In this document: positions 11,890-19,824 of the stretch, piece by piece | How positions within the stretch are numbered: the stretch's first letter is position 1 | How the letters are laid out: each line of letters begins with the position of its first letter | From: Escherichia coli | GTDB taxonomy: Bacteria; Pseudomonadota; Gammaproteobacteria; Enterobacterales; Enterobacteriaceae | DNA length: 64,000 nucleotides | Reading direction: 5' to 3' (one strand) | Assembly (NCBI RefSeq): GCF_030013205.1 | Contig: NZ_CP122648.1 | Program-made: the position numbers and the translations under genes | The notes under the pieces: generated by a model | The model's database searches: none | Told to the model about the DNA's origin: nothing | Seen by the model: the letters and a program-made list of their open reading frames with translations, nothing else

Positions 11890-14166
11890 TTAATGCGCTG
11901 CTTCCGCCTTGTGCTTTTGTGCACTCTGGAATCCGTAAGTCAGCTCATTTTTCTCTTTATCCAGCGCGACGGTGACCTGACCGCCGTCCACCAGCGAACC
12001 AAACAACAGTTCGTTGGCGAGCGGTTTTTTCAGGTTGTCCTGGATGACACGCGCCATCGGACGTGCGCCCATTGCCCGGTCGTAACCTTTCTCGGCTAGC
12101 CAGTTACGCGCTTCCTGGCTCACTTCCAGAGAAACACCTTTCTGATCCAACTGAACCTGCAACTCGACGATGAATTTATCCACTACCTGATGGATCACGT
12201 CGGTTGACAGATGATCGAACCAGATAATGTTGTCGAGACGGTTACGAAACTCCGGCGTAAAGATCTTCTTGATCTCTTCCATCGCATCGGTGCTGTTGTC
12301 CTGGTGGATAAGACCAATCGATTTACGCTCAGTTTCTCGTACCCCAGCGTTGGTGGTCATCACCAATACCACGTTACGGAAGTCCGCTTTGCGTCCGTTG
12401 TTATCGGTCAGCGTACCGTTGTCCATCACCTGCAACAGAATATTGAACACGTCCGGGTGCGCTTTCTCGATTTCGTCCAGCAGCAGCACCGCATGTGGAT
12501 GCTTGATGACCGCATCAGTCAGCAAACCGCCCTGATCAAAACCAACGTATCCCGGAGGCGCACCAATCAGACGGCTGACGGTATGGCGTTCCATATACTC
12601 GGACATATCAAAGCGCAGAAGCTCAATGCCCAAAGCTTTCGAAAGCTGTAGCGTCACCTCTGTTTTCCCGACCCCGGTAGGGCCGGCAAACAGGAACGAA
12701 CCGACCGGTTTATGTTCGTGACCTAAACCTGCACGCGCCATCTTAATGGCTTCAGTCAGCGCCTCGATGGCTTTATCCTGACCGAAGACCAGCATTTTCA
12801 GGCGATCGCCGAGGTTTTTCAGGGTATCGCGGTCACTCTGAGAAACACTCTTCTCTGGAATGCGCGCAATACGGGCCACCACGGACTCAATATCCGCCAC
12901 ATTAACGGTTTTCTTGCGTTTGCTTACCGGCATCAGGCGTGCGCGAGCGCCCGCTTCGTCGATAACGTCAATGGCTTTATCCGGCAGATGACGATCGTTA
13001 ATGTATTTCACCGCCAGCTCTACCGCTGCACGCACCGCTTTTGCGGTATAACGCACGTCGTGGTGCGCTTCATACTTCGGTTTCAGGCCATTGATGATTT
13101 GAACAGTTTCTTCGATCGACGGTTCAGTAATATCAATTTTCTGGAAGCGACGCGCCAGAGCACGGTCTTTCTCGAAAATGTTGCTGAACTCCTGATAGGT
13201 TGTCGAACCAATTACGCGAATTTTACCGCTGGAGAGCAACGGTTTGATTAGGTTAGCCGCATCGACCTGACCACCAGACGCTGCACCCGCACCGATAATG
13301 GTGTGGATCTCATCAATAAACAGGATGCTGTTAGTGTCCTGCTCCAGCTGCTTGAGCAACGCTTTAAAACGTTTTTCAAAGTCGCCGCGATATTTTGTGC
13401 CCGCTAACAGAGAACCGATATCGAGAGAGTAAATCGTACAGTCAGCCATCACTTCCGGCACATCGCCCTGAACAATTCGCCAGGCAAGACCTTCTGCAAT
13501 CGCGGTTTTACCGACACCAGATTCCCCCACCAGCAGCGGGTTGTTTTTACGGCGACGGCAGAGAACCTGAATAGCACGCTCCAGCTCCTTCTCACGACCA
13601 ATCAGTGGGTCGATTCCGCCCACGCGCGCAAGCTGATTCAGGTTCGTCGTGAAATTCTCCATACGTTCCTCCCCACCAGCTTGTTCTTCGCTGTTTGGCT
13701 GGCTGCCAGGATCAGAAGACTGTGTCGGCTCGTCTTTACGCGTGCCATGAGAGATAAAGTTCACCACATCGAGACGGCTGACTTCATGTTTACGCAACAG
13801 ATATGCCGCCTGCGACTCCTGTTCGCTAAAGATAGCGACCAGAACGTTTGCACCGGTAACCTCATTGCGACCGGAGGACTGGACATGGAAGACCGCACGT
13901 TGCAGTACACGCTGAAAACTCAGCGTCGGCTGTGTGTCGCGCTCCTCTTCACTGGCAGGCAGAACAGGTGTGGTTTGTTCAATAAAGGCTTCCAGTTCCT
14001 GACGGAGCGCAACCAAATCCACAGAACACGCTTCCAGCGCCTCCCGGGCAGATGGGTTACTGAGCAGCGCCAGTAACAAGTGCTCGACGGTCATAAACTC
14101 ATGACGGTGCTCGCGCGCTCTGGCGAAAGCCATATTTAAACTGAGTTCCAGTTCTTGATTGAGCAT
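11890..14166 (-). CDS. clpA: ATP-dependent Clp protease ATPase subunit ClpA (758 aa)
   Basis: [35 protein letters not shown]... with two AAA+ modules ([16 protein letters not shown]). I trimmed the start to the known Met at 14166. Confidence 0.97.
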   Translation of the reverse strand: MLNQELELSLNMAFARAREHRHEFMTVEHLLLALLSNPSAREALEACSVDLVALRQELEAFIEQTTPVLPASEEERDTQPTLSFQRVLQRAVFHVQSSGRNEVTGANVLVAIFSEQESQAAYLLRKHEVSRLDVVNFISHGTRKDEPTQSSDPGSQPNSEEQAGGEERMENFTTNLNQLARVGGIDPLIGREKELERAIQVLCRRRKNNPLLVGESGVGKTAIAEGLAWRIVQGDVPEVMADCTIYSLDIGSLLAGTKYRGDFEKRFKALLKQLEQDTNSILFIDEIHTIIGAGAASGGQVDAANLIKPLLSSGKIRVIGSTTYQEFSNIFEKDRALARRFQKIDITEPSIEETVQIINGLKPKYEAHHDVRYTAKAVRAAVELAVKYINDRHLPDKAIDVIDEAGARARLMPVSKRKKTVNVADIESVVARIARIPEKSVSQSDRDTLKNLGDRLKMLVFGQDKAIEALTEAIKMARAGLGHEHKPVGSFLFAGPTGVGKTEVTLQLSKALGIELLRFDMSEYMERHTVSRLIGAPPGYVGFDQGGLLTDAVIKHPHAVLLLDEIEKAHPDVFNILLQVMDNGTLTDNNGRKADFRNVVLVMTTNAGVRETERKSIGLIHQDNSTDAMEEIKKIFTPEFRNRLDNIIWFDHLSTDVIHQVVDKFIVELQVQLDQKGVSLEVSQEARNWLAEKGYDRAMGARPMARVIQDNLKKPLANELLFGSLVDGGQVTVALDKEKNELTYGFQSAQKHKAEAAH

Positions 14167-14196
14167 AGGCACCTCCCCCAATTTTTATGCCTGCAT

Positions 14197-14517
14197 TCAG
14201 GCTTTTTCTAGCGTACACAGCAATGGATGCTCATTCTCCCTCGCGTACTTGTTCACCATCGCCACTTTGGTTTCTGCAACCTCGGCGGTAAAGACTCCGC
14301 AAATGGCCTTCCCCTGGTAGTGAACAGCGAGCATCAATTGCGTTGCACGTTCTACATCATAAGAAAAGAATTTTTGTAACACGTCAATAACAAACTCCAT
14401 CGGAGTGTAATCATCATTGACTAATATCACTTTATACATAGATGGCGGTTTTAGCGCGTCGCGAACTTTTTCTTCCGCCAGTTGATCAAAGTCCAGCCAG
14501 TCGTTCGTTTTACCCAT
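14197..14517 (-). CDS. clpS: ClpA adaptor / N-degron recognin ClpS (106 aa)
   Basis: [43 protein letters not shown]... Confidence 0.97.
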
Positions 14518-14602
14518 TGTCAGTTATCATCTTCGGTTACGGTTATCGGCAGAACGCCCTGCCGCTGACAAGAGCTTATTTGCCTGACCAATCTACTCCA
14601 CA

Positions 14603-14619
14603 TGATAGATAACTATCAT
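14603..14619 (+). repeat. Island junction core (int-distal att)
   Basis: tgatagataactatcat matches 25212-25228 (tgataaataactatcat) at 16 of 17 positions. Confidence 0.7.
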
Positions 14620-14690
14620 TTATATCATTTAGTTAATTAGTCTTTATTTTTCATTATGTTGCAAATAACAACCCCGTCAAAAACAGTGAT

Positions 14691-14747
14691 ATTAACTACA
14701 CCATTAACTACACCGCTTCACGAACAATATCGAACAACCGCGAACAA
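14691..14747 (+). promoter_or_regulatory. Arm-type repeat array: 2x ATTAACTACACC followed by 3x CGAACAA at 10-bp spacing
   Basis: The same motif series, in the same orientation, occurs at 25068-25207 beside int. The two arrays would flank the core in a circularised attP. Confidence 0.6.
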
Positions 14748-15004
14748 AGATCAACACGCTTTAATCATTATCATTTTCCGGCTATCCGTCATGAAGCTGG
14801 TGGATGATCTGCGTGGTGATTTCCACCATTCAGAGCAGGGGCGGTCATCATGACCATGCCATAACAAAAACCCCATATTCGTGGTTTTTCTGTGTCGGGG
14901 CTATTCTGCTGTTGCCGTGCTGGTGGATATTCTCCGGTATGCGGCTCCCCATATCGGCATCAGGCCCACCAGCGTGAAGCGTTTTTCATTTTTCGCGGGT
15001 ATAA

Positions 15005-15062
15005 AAAATCGATGGGGCGGGCAGTCCTGAAGACGTCAGGGTACGGAGATTTGACCCGCCCC
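15005..15062 (-). terminator. Long-stem terminator closing the island's leftward operon
   Basis: On the minus strand, GGGGCGGG ... CCCGCCCC encloses an inner cctga/tcagg hairpin and is followed by atcgaTTTTTT. Confidence 0.5.
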
Positions 15063-15303
15063 TCCCTGTGCATGAGCACAATAAGTAACCGAAGGCGGAA
15101 TTCCGCCCTCGGTACTTACATATGAGAAACGATATTTCTTCCACCGATACCCTTTATTTGGGTATTGCGAGTAAGCCCCAAAATCTGGGTGTTACTCTTA
15201 CTACCCAAACTACGGGTAGTTTCCGTAGTTTCATGGTCGAGTTGCAAATCTGCAACTCACCCACCAGCCAACGCAATTTTGCGTTATCGGGAATATCAGC
15301 AAG

Positions 15304-15591
15304 TTACCGCCGCAGTCGTTCCGGCTTCTTCCACTGGTAAGTATTTTTCGCGCTCTCCCTCCGTTGTTGAGAACGGCGACGGTATGCCAGCAACTCAAGG
15401 ACTCTGGTTCGTATGTTGCGCATATCCACGCCGTTAAGCTCAATACCATCACGGCGCATCACCTCAGCAACAACACGCGCGTAATTTTCAGCGGTGACTG
15501 TATCCGGCTGCGCGGCCTGTTCGTCAGCCAACTGGCTGATTCCACCAGCACAGCGGATTAATCGCAGTATTTCAGATTCGGTCATTATCAT
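15304..15591 (-). CDS. Hypothetical protein (95 aa), last gene of the island operon
   Basis: Its start overlaps the upstream stop in an ATGA coupling. The C-terminus is basic. I recognise no family. Confidence 0.55.
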   Translation of the reverse strand: MIMTESEILRLIRCAGGISQLADEQAAQPDTVTAENYARVVAEVMRRDGIELNGVDMRNIRTRVLELLAYRRRSQQRRESAKNTYQWKKPERLRR

Positions 15592-16073
15592 GCCTGTTTT
15601 GCGACCTCATTCACTACGTCATTTTTTACCATCCGGCTGATAATCTGATTACACAAATCGTCAATAATTGACTGCACTCTGTTTACTGCCATCGGTTTAA
15701 GCCCGGCATCACGTGCCAGAATATTGGGGAGTTTTGCCAGTTCCTCGCTTACGATTTCCCCCCATATAGCCATCTCTTTTCGCACATCATCGGCGGGTAT
15801 GAGTTGCGCCGTTTCCTGTTCGAACTTGAGGCGTTCACGTTCGGACTGATACCAGGCCTTACGGTCTTGTGGCTCCATTTCTTCCAGTGATGCCGGAACG
15901 GGAAGATCAAGAAAACAGGTCAGAATGTCAGTCACCCGATAGAGTTTCAGCTTGTCATGCCCTCCGGCTGGCTGGATGTTTTTCAGCCTTGCCGCCGCAG
16001 TCTGACGACATATTCCCGCTATCGCCGCCAGTTGATTAATGTTCAGCATCAGATTTTTCAGTTCTCGATCCAT
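15588..16073 (-). CDS. Small terminase-like protein, lambda Nu1-type (161 aa); possible packaging-redirection factor
   Basis: I trimmed the start to MDRELKNLMLNINQLAAIAGICRQTAAARLKN..., which has the SD ggagcggg. The N-terminal winged HTH followed by a helical region has the same layout as lambda Nu1 (MEVNKKQLADIFGASIRTIQNW...). Confidence 0.65.
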   Translation of the reverse strand: MDRELKNLMLNINQLAAIAGICRQTAAARLKNIQPAGGHDKLKLYRVTDILTCFLDLPVPASLEEMEPQDRKAWYQSERERLKFEQETAQLIPADDVRKEMAIWGEIVSEELAKLPNILARDAGLKPMAVNRVQSIIDDLCNQIISRMVKNDVVNEVAKQA

Positions 16074-16226
16074 ACCCGCTCCAGAATGTTTTAAACATGC
16101 ATCTTGCGAACAACTTTCAGAAGAGGTCAAAAAATGCGCTATATGTTGAGCATAAAACAAGCAAAATTAACATGCCAAAAATAAAAATACTTAAAATTCA
16201 ATACAATATGAAGATGATGATGACGA

Positions 16227-16307
16227 ATGAAAATGCAAAAACTAGCCTTTTTCCGCGCCGCTCCCGCCCCGTGGCAGACCACTCCACCGGGAGGACCCGT
16301 AAAAAAG
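16227..16307. repeat. Copy A of an ~80-bp intra-island repeat
   Basis: atgaaaatgcaaaaactagcctttttccgcgccgctcccgccccgtggcagaccactccaccgggaggacccgtaaaaaag matches 18761-18841 with about 6 mismatches. Confidence 0.9.
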
Positions 16308-16322
16308 GCGGCTGTCGCCGCC
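16301..16322 (-). terminator. Hairpin terminator just after the capsid-fusion gene
   Basis: Minus strand: ggcggc-gaca-gccgcc followed by tttttt. Confidence 0.6.
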
Positions 16323-16329
16323 CTTGTTG

Positions 16330-18243
16330 TCATGCTCCACTCGATTTCAGTAATCCGCGATAATCGAGGGCCGCGACACCTGCATCTATGCGCACTTTCC
16401 AGGCGACACCATCAACAGTAAAGCCCACCTGCTCCTCAAGATATGGCGTATCCATACCATCAAGATAAGCGACTTCTATTGTGTCCATCCCCTTAGCTGC
16501 GGCTACATACCATTCCTTGCTATTGGCCTTATCAAGACGTGGCTCAACAATTACTTCTGCCATATCTTTCACCACGTTAATGATGCCGGGGTTCTGATTG
16601 ATAGTGCTCTCATCACCAACCGGAAAGACTGATGACGATGACAGAATGGCGCGACGCGCGGCAGATTCCAGCGCGGCAGGGACCAGAACAAAAGCAGGGG
16701 TAATATTCAGTGAGTCGCCGTTAGCATCCTCCTGGAGGCGCATCAGCTTACGGGCTTCATCAAGCCCCACCATGTCCATATCCTTCGCAATAAGATTTTT
16801 ATGATCGGCATGGAATAACGCTTTACCATCCGTAAATTTGCCGTTGCTGGTTAACAGAAGATAAACCAGATTACCTACTGTTCTGGCGGCCGCACGCCCC
16901 ATCGCCATGGGGATTGTAGTTAACTGGGTCAGGTCATCGTTGATAATGGCCTGACGGGTAACAGAAAAAATATTACCGTATGTGGCCAGCGCAATAGGTA
17001 CACCTTTATCGCTGGTGGTGATGTATTTATATTCCGCACCTTCCGGTACTTTATCCAGCTTTGAAAAACCATTCAGACCAACGCGCTTTGCTTCATGAAA
17101 GTTTGAAAGCGATCCGGTACGCGTCCATTTCTGGAACGTTTCGCCGCTGTCCTGCCAGCCTTTCAGCACTGATTTTTCAGCACCACCAGCCAGAATATGA
17201 GAAAAATCGCTGCTGCTGTGTGTGAAAGCTGCATTAACGACCTGCGAGCGATTTAAAAAACTGCCAACACTGATACCACGATCAGTTAGTGATGCCTGGG
17301 CCATTTCAAAAAGGCTCATCATCGCGTAAGGATTTCCCCGCTCTGGGCGTTCATACCCAAGACGAGAATAAAGCCCCTGACGAATTGCATCGCCTGTTAT
17401 GTTCCCGTTACCGGCATAAATATGAGTCGGGATATTTTTATTGGATGGCGTGGACTCGCGCCCCAGCTCGTTCAACAACTTTTCACGGGCCATCTCCGGT
17501 GTACATGATGCATCCTCCAGGCACGCCATTTTGATCCCGTCGTAACGACTGCCGAACAGGCTAAACACTTCACTTATTCCGTTGATGCGCTTCTGTTCAT
17601 TACCAGCAATATTGGCTGCTCCCTGTGGCGGGGTAATCATTCCTTTAATGGTTTCAGGCATGTGTGAAAAATCTCCTGTGCGTTTCGATTCAATTCGCGC
17701 CATTGCTGTGACAGATGGCAACAATTCATCAGCAAAACCGTGCTTAAGGCATTCTTTCCCGTCCATCCAGGTTTCATCTTCCAGCATGGCGGTAATTTCC
17801 TGTGCTGATTTGCCCGTTTTTCTGGCATAAGCAGGGACTAACACGGTTTCCACCTTATCCAGCAAATCAGCATAATCACGCATATCACCAGCATTTCCGC
17901 CAGAGATACCCCACGGCTTATGTATCATCATCATGGCGTTTTCCGGCATCACAACACGATCGCCAGCCATTGCGACAACCGAAGCCATTGAAGCCGCAAC
18001 ACCATCGATATAAACCGTAATTTCTGCCGGATGATTCCGTAACAGGTTATAGATGGCGATGCCTTCAAACACGTCACCACCTGGCGAATGGATCCGCAGG
18101 TCGATATGTGAGACATCGCCCAGGGCTTTCAGGTCTTCCGCAAACTGCTTCGCGGTAATACCGAAGCCGCCAATTTCTTCATAGATGGATATTTCTGCCG
18201 CTCCGCGAACACCCAGCGCCTTAATGGTGTACCAGTGATTCAT
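16330..18243 (-). CDS. Prohead serine protease (ClpP/S49-like) fused to a major-capsid-like domain (637 aa)
   Basis: The N-terminal ~180 aa carry GVAASMASVVAMAGD and MMIHKPW (Ser/His protease motifs). The C-terminal ~400 aa resemble phage major head proteins. The start is ATGA-coupled to the upstream ORF. Confidence 0.8.
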   Translation of the reverse strand: MNHWYTIKALGVRGAAEISIYEEIGGFGITAKQFAEDLKALGDVSHIDLRIHSPGGDVFEGIAIYNLLRNHPAEITVYIDGVAASMASVVAMAGDRVVMPENAMMMIHKPWGISGGNAGDMRDYADLLDKVETVLVPAYARKTGKSAQEITAMLEDETWMDGKECLKHGFADELLPSVTAMARIESKRTGDFSHMPETIKGMITPPQGAANIAGNEQKRINGISEVFSLFGSRYDGIKMACLEDASCTPEMAREKLLNELGRESTPSNKNIPTHIYAGNGNITGDAIRQGLYSRLGYERPERGNPYAMMSLFEMAQASLTDRGISVGSFLNRSQVVNAAFTHSSSDFSHILAGGAEKSVLKGWQDSGETFQKWTRTGSLSNFHEAKRVGLNGFSKLDKVPEGAEYKYITTSDKGVPIALATYGNIFSVTRQAIINDDLTQLTTIPMAMGRAAARTVGNLVYLLLTSNGKFTDGKALFHADHKNLIAKDMDMVGLDEARKLMRLQEDANGDSLNITPAFVLVPAALESAARRAILSSSSVFPVGDESTINQNPGIINVVKDMAEVIVEPRLDKANSKEWYVAAAKGMDTIEVAYLDGMDTPYLEEQVGFTVDGVAWKVRIDAGVAALDYRGLLKSSGA

Positions 18244-18449
18244 TGCTCCCCCCCAGATGCAAAACCATTCTTATCAAGCCACGCGTTAACCGCGTGTCTG
18301 ACAATCTGCGCCGCACCTGGTAATGGTTGGTCAGGATGATGATTTATGTGGTCGATCCTGTACTGCTTAAGGCGCATAACGGTCTGCGCATCCAGATGAA
18401 CGGAACCACCTTTTACCTCGCCTGTGTTCAGGTCGTTAATACAATTCAC
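18240..18449 (-). CDS. Hypothetical small protein (69 aa), possible ribbon-helix-helix
   Basis: GTG start with the SD aagagga. It is translationally coupled to the protease::capsid gene. Confidence 0.5.
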   Translation of the reverse strand: MNCINDLNTGEVKGGSVHLDAQTVMRLKQYRIDHINHHPDQPLPGAAQIVRHAVNAWLDKNGFASGGEQ

Positions 18450-18551
18450 AGTAACTTCCTCTTACTGACTAAACTGCGCGCATTATTGATCGATAAAAGT
18501 GGTAGATAAACATATTTCTATCATAAAAATAGATTAATCAGATTCAGACAC

Positions 18552-18574
18552 AAAAAAGCCGGAGAGAATCCGGC
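18552..18574 (-). terminator. Rho-independent terminator inside the ssb / 69-aa-ORF spacer
   Basis: Minus strand: gccgga-ttctc-tccggc followed by tttttt. Confidence 0.65.
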
Positions 18575-18760
18575 ATAAATATCCCGCCATCTGAACACGT
18601 TTTGCACAGGCAACTCCATCTGGCAGGTGAAAAACAAATTTATTTATATATTTCAATTAATTGCAAACTGGTCTAATGACAGGGAGAAAAAAATATTGTA
18701 CAGGTGAAAACAGAAATAACTTTTAATTATCAATAAATTACTACACATGCTGCCGCCGCC

Positions 18761-18841
18761 ATGAAAATGCAAAAACCAGCCTTTTTCCGCGACGCTCCCG
18801 CCCCGTGGCAGGTCACTACACCGGGAGGACCCATAAAAAAG
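18761..18841. repeat. Copy B of the ~80-bp intra-island repeat
   Basis: atgaaaatgcaaaaaccagcctttttccgcgacgctcccgccccgtggcaggtcactacaccgggaggacccataaaaaag. Confidence 0.9.
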
Positions 18842-18856
18842 CCGGATTGCTCCGGC
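18835..18856 (-). terminator. Hairpin terminator just after ssb
   Basis: Minus strand: gccgga-gcaa-tccggc followed by tttttt. Confidence 0.6.
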
Positions 18857-18872
18857 TTCTGTTACTCGTTGC

Positions 18873-19295
18873 TTAAAACGGTATGTTATCCCCGTACGGA
18901 TCATCATTTCCCGCCTGTTGTTTTGCTCTGCTCAGTGCATCAGTAGCCTGCCCCTGTTGGCCTTTTTTGCCGCCCGGTCGCGCCGTTCTCGCACTGATTA
19001 CGCTGTCTGCGATAACCTGCCAGCCCTGCCGCGTCTCCCCGTTCTGTCCGGTCCACTGGCTCACCTGCATGTTACCCGCCACGCTCAGGAGTTCACCCTT
19101 GCGGTGCTTTGCCAGTGCTTCGGCCTGTCTGCCAAACGCCAGGACGGATAACCACATCGTCGCCGTTCCGTCATCTGCCTGGCTGCACGGAAGTGGGACC
19201 GCCATACTCGCCATCGTCATTTGTGTACCCTTGCTGGTGGTCTTTAACTGCGGGTCAGCCACCAGCCGCCCGTAAGCCGCTATCTGTGCTGTCAT
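18873..19295 (-). CDS. ssb: Single-stranded DNA-binding protein (140 aa)
   Basis: OB-fold-like N-terminus (AAYGRLVADPQLKTTSKGTQMT...), a Gly/Gln-rich tail, and an acidic tip ending in DNIPF (host SSB ends in DDDIPF). Confidence 0.75.
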   Translation of the reverse strand: MTAQIAAYGRLVADPQLKTTSKGTQMTMASMAVPLPCSQADDGTATMWLSVLAFGRQAEALAKHRKGELLSVAGNMQVSQWTGQNGETRQGWQVIADSVISARTARPGGKKGQQGQATDALSRAKQQAGNDDPYGDNIPF

Positions 19296-19537
19296 GCTGT
19301 CTGCTCTCCGGTTTTAACGTTGATGGTTGTCACCTGTTCCGCTTCGGCAATCTCCCGTTCTGTCAGCGTGGCAAAGTTTGCAGCTGCCGTTGTCATGAAT
19401 GAGCTAATCAGTTCGGGATGTGCTTTCGCATATCCTTCCCCGGCGTTGCGGTCGATGATTTTTATCGACACCCTTAACCAGTGTTCCGTCAAATCAAGGG
19501 CGTGCGATTGTGATTTTTTTGTGTGCTTCGCTGTCAT
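19292..19537 (-). CDS. Hypothetical protein (81 aa)
   Basis: The ORF is in operon register and its stop overlaps the ssb start. I recognise no family. Confidence 0.5.
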   Translation of the reverse strand: MTAKHTKKSQSHALDLTEHWLRVSIKIIDRNAGEGYAKAHPELISSFMTTAAANFATLTEREIAEAEQVTTINVKTGEQTA

Positions 19538-19587
19538 AGGCTTTATCTCACAGCAGTAAATTAAAATTTTTGCGTTTTAACCCTTCA

Positions 19588-19812
19588 CCTGTTCACCTTT
19601 TGATATTTTATCTTTTAATTCATAATGTTAAGGGGTGAACAGTTTCACAAAAACTATTCACCAACTGTTCACCACTGTTCACCCTTGAAGCTCAATAAAC
19701 AATCAAAAAGGTGAACAGTGAATAGTTTGGTGAACAGTTCATAAATAACTGTTCACCCTATAACATACTGATACAAAAGATATTTATGACAGGGTGAACA
19801 GTGGTGAACAGT
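19588..19812. repeat. Iteron array: at least 10 copies of GGTGAACAG(T) in both orientations (putative satellite origin)
   Basis: Copies begin at about 19588, 19634, 19653 (variant), 19663, 19673, 19710, 19719 (variant), 19729, 19748, 19793 and 19803. The array is AT-rich and lies immediately downstream of the primase-helicase gene. Confidence 0.8.
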
Positions 19813-19824
19813 TATTCCATAAGT

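Noticed and set aside
15014-15028. GGGGCGGGCAGTCCT resembling the lambda cohesive-end sequence GGGCGGCGACCT
   Set aside because: The similarity is limited to the G-rich half and needs indels. The motif is also one arm of a terminator-like hairpin followed by a T-tract. I kept it only as a hypothesis inside the hairpin-region finding and did not annotate it as cos.
14656-15452. Track ORFs in the island's distal non-coding region (14656-14853, 14892-15125, 15122-15340, 15165-15437, 15231-15452)
   Set aside because: They cover the arm-type repeats or the stacked hairpins, lack ribosome-binding sites, overlap one another in different frames and give low-complexity products. I found no support for coding.
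16227-16421. Plus-strand ORFs starting MKMQK(L/P)AFFR... at 16227 and 18761 (64 and 61 aa)
   Set aside because: They exist only because the ~80-bp repeat happens to begin with ATG. The differences between the two copies are mostly non-synonymous. Both ORFs run antisense into the 3' ends of the capsid-fusion and ssb genes, and they diverge completely after 26 codons. I treated the conserved block as a nucleic-acid element, not a gene.
18790-18812. Sigma-54-like GG...GC motif (aGGCTGGTTTTTGCA on the minus strand) at the end of the 80-bp repeat
   Set aside because: The GG-to-GC spacing is one nucleotide shorter than the strict TGGCAC-N5-TTGCA geometry, so I do not call it an RpoN promoter.
19588-19812. 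Possible CRISPR array, because of many short repeats
   Set aside because: The repeats are only 9-10 bp long, occur in both orientations, have irregular or zero spacing and have no cas genes nearby. The pattern fits replication iterons, not CRISPR. No CRISPR array is present in the window.
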